From TPA_inf: Saccharomyces (lineage: Eukaryota): a stretch of 64,000 nt of DNA. A program made the position numbers and the translations under genes. Below, piece after piece: positions 58,387-64,000 of the stretch. Positions within the stretch are counted from its first letter, which is position 1. Every line of letters starts with the position of its first letter. A model generated the notes under the pieces. The model ran no database searches and was not told the DNA's origin. It saw only the letters and a list, made by a program, of their open reading frames with translations. The stretch spans positions 672,001-736,000 of the forward strand of contig BK006936.2 in the NCBI GenBank assembly GCA_000146045.2, given 5' to 3'.

Positions 58387-60453
58387 ATGTCCATTGACGA
58401 GGCTGTTGCCAGATATAGAGATGTTATAGGCAATCTAGCAACTGGCAATTTAAGGCGGATTGTTATACAGTCAGAAAAACTGGCCCAGATCATTGCATCT
58501 TCAAAAGGTACCGTTCGTTTCCACCATAAAACTCGCAGCGGTAAAACAGTAATATACAAATGCATCAAAAAGGCGCTGCTTTCCAGTGTCGCGTCTCTAT
58601 CGTCAGAGTTTTCCTCAGAAACAGATGTTCAGCAATTCCTCCATTTAAATTACATATATCAATCTCACTTCCAAGCTTTGAGTGGACAAATAAACAAATA
58701 TTGCGGCATGAAGAAATACTACGAGTTAAAGTTTGCAGCAATCGACTACTTAGAAACCGAAGTCCAAACTACCGGGCTTACACTCTCAAGATTCTGGGTG
58801 GCATCTTTAGATGAGTTCATTAAAAAAGAGCGATGGCCAGATAATGGATCTAACTTTCAAATCTTTTACAAACTAATGGCTGAGTATTCGTCTTGGAAAT
58901 GGGATTCTGATGATAAAAGGCAACTCCAGTTCATGTACGAATTTCGAATGAAACTCAAAGAATGTTTGGTGAAATTTTACGAGAATTTTGATCTTCAAAA
59001 ATCTAGCGATCCTCTGAAAGAACTCATTATACCTTGGGAAAAGATTGTTTATGTCGCCAACTGTATCGATGCATTCACTGGAGAGCAAGTTAGGATCGAC
59101 GGTGCTGAATTAATCTGGACATCCAAAAATCTTGTGTTCTCTTCGATTTCTTCTGCCGTTCTTAGATTAAATGACCTTCAAAATATGTTCAGCGCATTCC
59201 GGCCTTATGGGGAAGAAGCATTAGTTCAAGACTTTGCGCATATACGATCTTTAAAGTGGGATAGTAATGATAAAGTTGAAAGCTTAATTCGTGCCCTTAT
59301 TTTTAATGATATGTTTCCTTATTTCAATAAGGAACAGGTAGATACGAAGGCAGATGGTATATTCTTTTTGCGCTTACTGAGAAAAAACTTCAAAGAACAC
59401 ATTAATGACGTTAAAGATTTTCATATTCAAGTGATAAAGTACTTGAATTCCCAATTTAAAAATAATTACAGCACATTGATGACGTCATCGAAAACTCAGG
59501 ATAGAAGGAAAAGTCATAATATGCCTTCTTCTATCTTAGACGATGGTAACAAAATTGGAATGCATGTTTCGCCTATCGATGAATACTCACATTTTATTGA
59601 TAATGATGAACCGTTGTGGCGAGACAAAGTATATCCAAAGATTTACACAAATGAGCAAACACCTACACCTGACGCATCAGCAATATTTGATTCTCACAAG
59701 ATATATGCAATTATATCGCTGCTGCGATATTACTTACCTGAGAAGAGAAAGTTTTTTCGGATTTATTATCTGCCCAGTATTTTTAAAAGGATATTATATT
59801 ACGGTGCAAAGTTTGCTCAACTATATTTCATGGAAGGTTGCTTGGAACGGCTAGTAATAGAATCTCTCCAAATTCTAGAACCCTCTTTGGTACATGCGAT
59901 AAATAATTTGATCAAGTCTAGCATAGAATCACTCAAAAATGTAACAGTGACAAGTGATGACAAAACTTCATCTGGTGTCATTATTTTGTCCTACAAAGAA
60001 TTTAAGTCACTATCTGAAGTTAACAAAGATTTCAATGAACCATTTTGGCCTAACCAATCAATTGCGAATAGTTGGCCAGATTTCGCGAATAAGCAATTAA
60101 AGAGGGGTCAAATTTTGCAAGACGCATTTGCATTCCACCTTTTTGAAATTGAACTACCAATTATTATCGATACTACAAGAAATACGCATTTGAAACTCGT
60201 TTCCAACATGTGTACTACGAGCATATTGTACTTATATAATGAAGTTGATTCCTTATCATTAACTAGCATACAGGAAAAATTAGCTGTTTTACCGACAAGT
60301 AAACGGAATGAAATCTTATTGTACAATTTGAACAGGCTAACAAAATTGAAACTATTGTTGTTGAAAGAGAACGAAAAAGGACAAAAGTTTTACGCATTTA
60401 ATTTTAAGTACAAAAGGGATGGACAGAAAACATCATTAATAAGGTTAATTTAA
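58387..60453 (+). CDS. YBR259W: Protein of unknown function
   Basis: 688 aa; position and size match. Confidence 0.7.
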   Translation: MSIDEAVARYRDVIGNLATGNLRRIVIQSEKLAQIIASSKGTVRFHHKTRSGKTVIYKCIKKALLSSVASLSSEFSSETDVQQFLHLNYIYQSHFQALSGQINKYCGMKKYYELKFAAIDYLETEVQTTGLTLSRFWVASLDEFIKKERWPDNGSNFQIFYKLMAEYSSWKWDSDDKRQLQFMYEFRMKLKECLVKFYENFDLQKSSDPLKELIIPWEKIVYVANCIDAFTGEQVRIDGAELIWTSKNLVFSSISSAVLRLNDLQNMFSAFRPYGEEALVQDFAHIRSLKWDSNDKVESLIRALIFNDMFPYFNKEQVDTKADGIFFLRLLRKNFKEHINDVKDFHIQVIKYLNSQFKNNYSTLMTSSKTQDRRKSHNMPSSILDDGNKIGMHVSPIDEYSHFIDNDEPLWRDKVYPKIYTNEQTPTPDASAIFDSHKIYAIISLLRYYLPEKRKFFRIYYLPSIFKRILYYGAKFAQLYFMEGCLERLVIESLQILEPSLVHAINNLIKSSIESLKNVTVTSDDKTSSGVIILSYKEFKSLSEVNKDFNEPFWPNQSIANSWPDFANKQLKRGQILQDAFAFHLFEIELPIIIDTTRNTHLKLVSNMCTTSILYLYNEVDSLSLTSIQEKLAVLPTSKRNEILLYNLNRLTKLKLLLLKENEKGQKFYAFNFKYKRDGQKTSLIRLI

Positions 60454-60638
60454 CAACCGTGAAGACAGGGAGTTGGACCTTAGCAAGTTTTGTAGTAAAT
60501 TATTATGGAATAGTACAACAGAATTTTTTTTTTTCTCAATATATAATTTTCCTTTGTTTTTACTTAAATCTGATAACAGCGTCAATGTACATACAAGTGG
60601 AAATTAAAGACGGAATGAAAATATCATAAGTGCTATGT

Positions 60639-62639
60639 TTATTCAGGCTCAAAAGCTTGATCTGAAACCTCTAATAATACTTCCATTGCCATAATTTGAA
60701 AATTTACATCATTAGCGTCATCTGGATTTGCAGGCGCAATAGTTGGACCCCAAATTATACAAAGAGCCCTTAAATTCATTCTGTTTTGGGCTTCATGTGC
60801 CAACACTCTTTTCAAATGAAAGACAAGAGCCCTTAACGTCCAGTATTGTGCGTCGGGGAGGTTATATATTAGTCCGTGCATAAAATTTTTTCTTGTTGTT
60901 GGGTCTTCAATTTGTAAACAAACCTTGATCTCCGATGATAGGGCCTTTGGTAAAACACTATCAGGCAGCGACGCAAAAAAAGTTTTCAGCAGTGATCCTA
61001 CTAAATAAATATCCGAATCAGAATGTGGCTTTGATGGTAGAATCATGGAAATGTTTGCGGGATCCTTATCAATTTCCTCCTTCAACTTGCTGACATCAAG
61101 TACATTTGCCGATTTTCTATAAATTCCTTCTTGATCAAGCCCAAATTTATCAATAACGTATATGCATTGGCGCACTATCGCAGGGACCATGTCTTGTTCG
61201 AATTCTATCAGTGATTCTAGCGGTACACCAAATGTTTTGAAATTTTTTTGAACACCGGGTGGCATATTGTTGTTAGTCTGAATGTGAGAAATCGGGCGAT
61301 CCGAGTCTAAAGAGTTAATCAATTCTTCTGGAATTTGTGGACTATTGTTGCCAGGATCCAGGGTCTTTGTTATGGATGATGTGGTGTCGCTTGTTACAAT
61401 GGAAGAAGACGGTGACATAGCGCCAGCCGCATTGCTAGTGGAAGAAATAGATGAAGCCATAGTAGGTGGTAACTGCTTGTTGGTATTTAAGGACGGTGTA
61501 GCACTGTTAAGATTAGCATTCGGAACAGCGGCAGTGTTACTACTACTGCTCAAAAATGGAGATTCATTATGAGTGGATATCATTCTCTTCGGGATGGAGT
61601 TTCTTGAAGGGTCCACGGCAAACTTTGGGGGGCTCTTATTTTTCTGACCATGATTCATTGATGGATGCTTTTTGTATGATACAGGGATCAAGTTTTTGTT
61701 GATCAGTAGGGAATGTTTTCCTGTTTGGTTATACTTGTTCAAAAAACTGTAAAGATCACGTTCATTGGAAACAGATCCAGCAAATGATTTCATAGATTTG
61801 GTGGAGTCCAATGGGCTTATTGTAACACCTGTATTCAGAACCAAATTTTCCGTCCATATCGTGTACTTCTGCAATTGGATAGTCATCGCTGTGTCTATTT
61901 CTAAAATCAAATCTTTTAATTCTTGAACAATTCTAGGTCTCTCCTTCGTTATGAATGTGTTTCTCAAAGAATTAGAATGATCTACTTTTTGCTTATATTC
62001 CAGATCGGCGTTATCGATTTTTCTTAACAATTCTTCTTCTTGTTCCTTCGTAGTTTTGGAACCTCTCAAGGTCAGCTTTGTTTTTGTTGGGTCAGTCATC
62101 CTCAATTTGTCCCAATCTTGGCACAACGAATTGTAACGAGATTGCGCCTTTTCTGCGCTGTGTATGGCATCAGAAACATCCTTTTCCAGCCTTTTGCTGT
62201 TCTCCTTGACAGACTTTCTTAATTTTGTCATTGTTAATAAAAGACTACTAATCTCGGAGTACATTTTCTGCAAGGCGGTGATATAACTCTGCTTTACTTG
62301 AGCCATCTTGCCATCGAATCCCAAAACTTCGTGAATCATCTTTTTTAAGGATGAATTTGTGGAACCCTGAATGTTGAAAAAGTGCTTATATTGCTTGGAG
62401 AGCTCCTGAACGTGCTCTTCTTCGAAGGCGTATTTCTTTCTAATAAATTTCATAAACTCTTCACAAGTCAACAACGACTGCTTTAAACGGCTCAACAAAG
62501 CGTTAATTGCCACATCGGAATTTAGCACCTTCTTGATCTCTGGCGTGCTAAAAAGGTGCGCCAAATCGTCGGTGCCACCATCGTGCGACGACTTCGCACT
62601 TACTGTGGCACTAGCTGGTTTCTTCGCAGTCTCTTCCAT
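60639..62639 (-). CDS. RGD1: Rho GTPase-activating protein with N-terminal F-BAR domain
   Basis: 666 aa. C-terminal RhoGAP domain (GIYRKSANV arginine-finger region). N-terminal FCH/F-BAR coiled coil. Confidence 0.85.
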
Positions 62640-62831
62640 CTTGTCTATATCACTTCTCTTTTAATCTTCCGAGATTGTATGTTTTTACTTTACATACTAT
62701 TTTGTTCACATTCTTTATTTTCTGGGTTCTTTTTCCATATATATCGAAAAAAAAGTCTATATAATGGCACAAATGGTGAATGCCAGCACAAGAAAAGGGG
62801 CGTATCTATATAAATCTATGCATCCTTGATC

Positions 62832-63539
<708 letters not shown>

Positions 63540-63719
63540 TTATGTATTCTTTCTTGGAGATGCTCTTGACACCGATGCACATTACCAGAGTGAAAAGTAC
63601 TGATTAATAATTAAATTTTTCTTTTGATATTTTTTCTGAATATAAAGTTCTACACAGAGTCGTTACAATAGGTTATATACATGAGGATGTTCGTTACAGT
63701 AGGAGAAATAGAAAGCTCG

Positions 63720-64000
63720 CTAATTCTTACCCCAGGAGTAGATCCAATCGACAGAGTTTCTTATCTGTTCATTCCAAATATCTTTTATGCTCTCCCCCAT
63801 GGTCCTGCTCCATGCAGTGCCATCATCCGTCACAACTAGCTTGCGGTTCCTGGTCTCCCCAGGTACCACTTCTTTTCTATCCACCAGGTCCTGTACCTGA
63901 TGATCTTGTTTCAACCATGTAGCATCGTGATCGTAGAAGTAGCCATTGTTACTGTATCGGTACAGGTAAAAAACAGAACCGATTACTCCCACAGAGAGAG
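63720..64000 (-). CDS. MIC12: MICOS subunit Mic12 (C-terminal about 93 aa; the start lies beyond the window's right edge)
   Basis: Frame is open to the window's right edge. Identity from position after TAE1 and small size; no motif evidence. Confidence 0.55.
   Translation of the reverse strand, partial: LSVGVIGSVFYLYRYSNNGYFYDHDATWLKQDHQVQDLVDRKEVVPGETRNRKLVVTDDGTAWSRTMGESIKDIWNEQIRNSVDWIYSWGKN

Overview
This window is a gene-dense stretch of budding-yeast (Saccharomyces cerevisiae) nuclear DNA, recognised by protein identity and gene order as the right arm of chromosome II from YBR225W to YBR262C. It is compact (about one gene per 1.6 kb on both strands) and appears collinear with the S288C reference as I remember it. 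The window contains the C-terminal part of YBR225W (whose start lies beyond the window's left edge), then MCX1 (a ClpX-like ATPase), SLX1, ROT2, OM14 (spliced), a candidate small ORF (YBR230W-A), SWC5, PBP2, DAD3, ARC40, VHC1, ABD1, PRP5, YBR238C, ERT1, THI2, YBR241C, YBR242W, ALG7, GPX2, ISW1, RRT2/DPH7, ENP1, HIS7, ARO4, SPO23, MRPS5, DUT1, SRB6, TRS20, MTC4, RCF3/YBR255C-A (spliced), RIB5, POP4, SHG1, YBR259W, RGD1, TAE1/NTM1 and the start of MIC12/AIM5. Identifications rest on conserved motifs in the supplied translations, the protein lengths I remember, and synteny; none was checked against a database. The ORF track labels non-ATG starts (TTG, GTG) as M. I therefore checked start codons and corrected DAD3, YBR238C and ERT1 to their ATGs, and rebuilt two spliced genes, OM14 and RCF3, from GTATGT donors, branch-like sites and AG acceptors. 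I found no tRNA, rRNA, Ty element or LTR, and no CRISPR array or prokaryote-style system (none would be expected in yeast). I see no undescribed multi-gene system here; this is ordinary, well-annotated chromosomal DNA. The observations most worth a second look are smaller-scale: an unusually long (1.6 kb) gene-free, strand-asymmetric interval between YBR230W-A and SWC5; a canonical G-quadruplex motif in the OM14 upstream region; micro- and minisatellites; and promoter motifs that fit known regulation (GCN4 sites at HIS7 and ARO4, Yap1 sites at GPX2, PAC/RRPE at ENP1, MSE/URS1 at SPO23). Coordinates of short motifs and splice junctions may be off by 1-2 nt: at one spot near 54.78-54.84 kb my reading of the text disagreed by one base with the supplied ORF frames.
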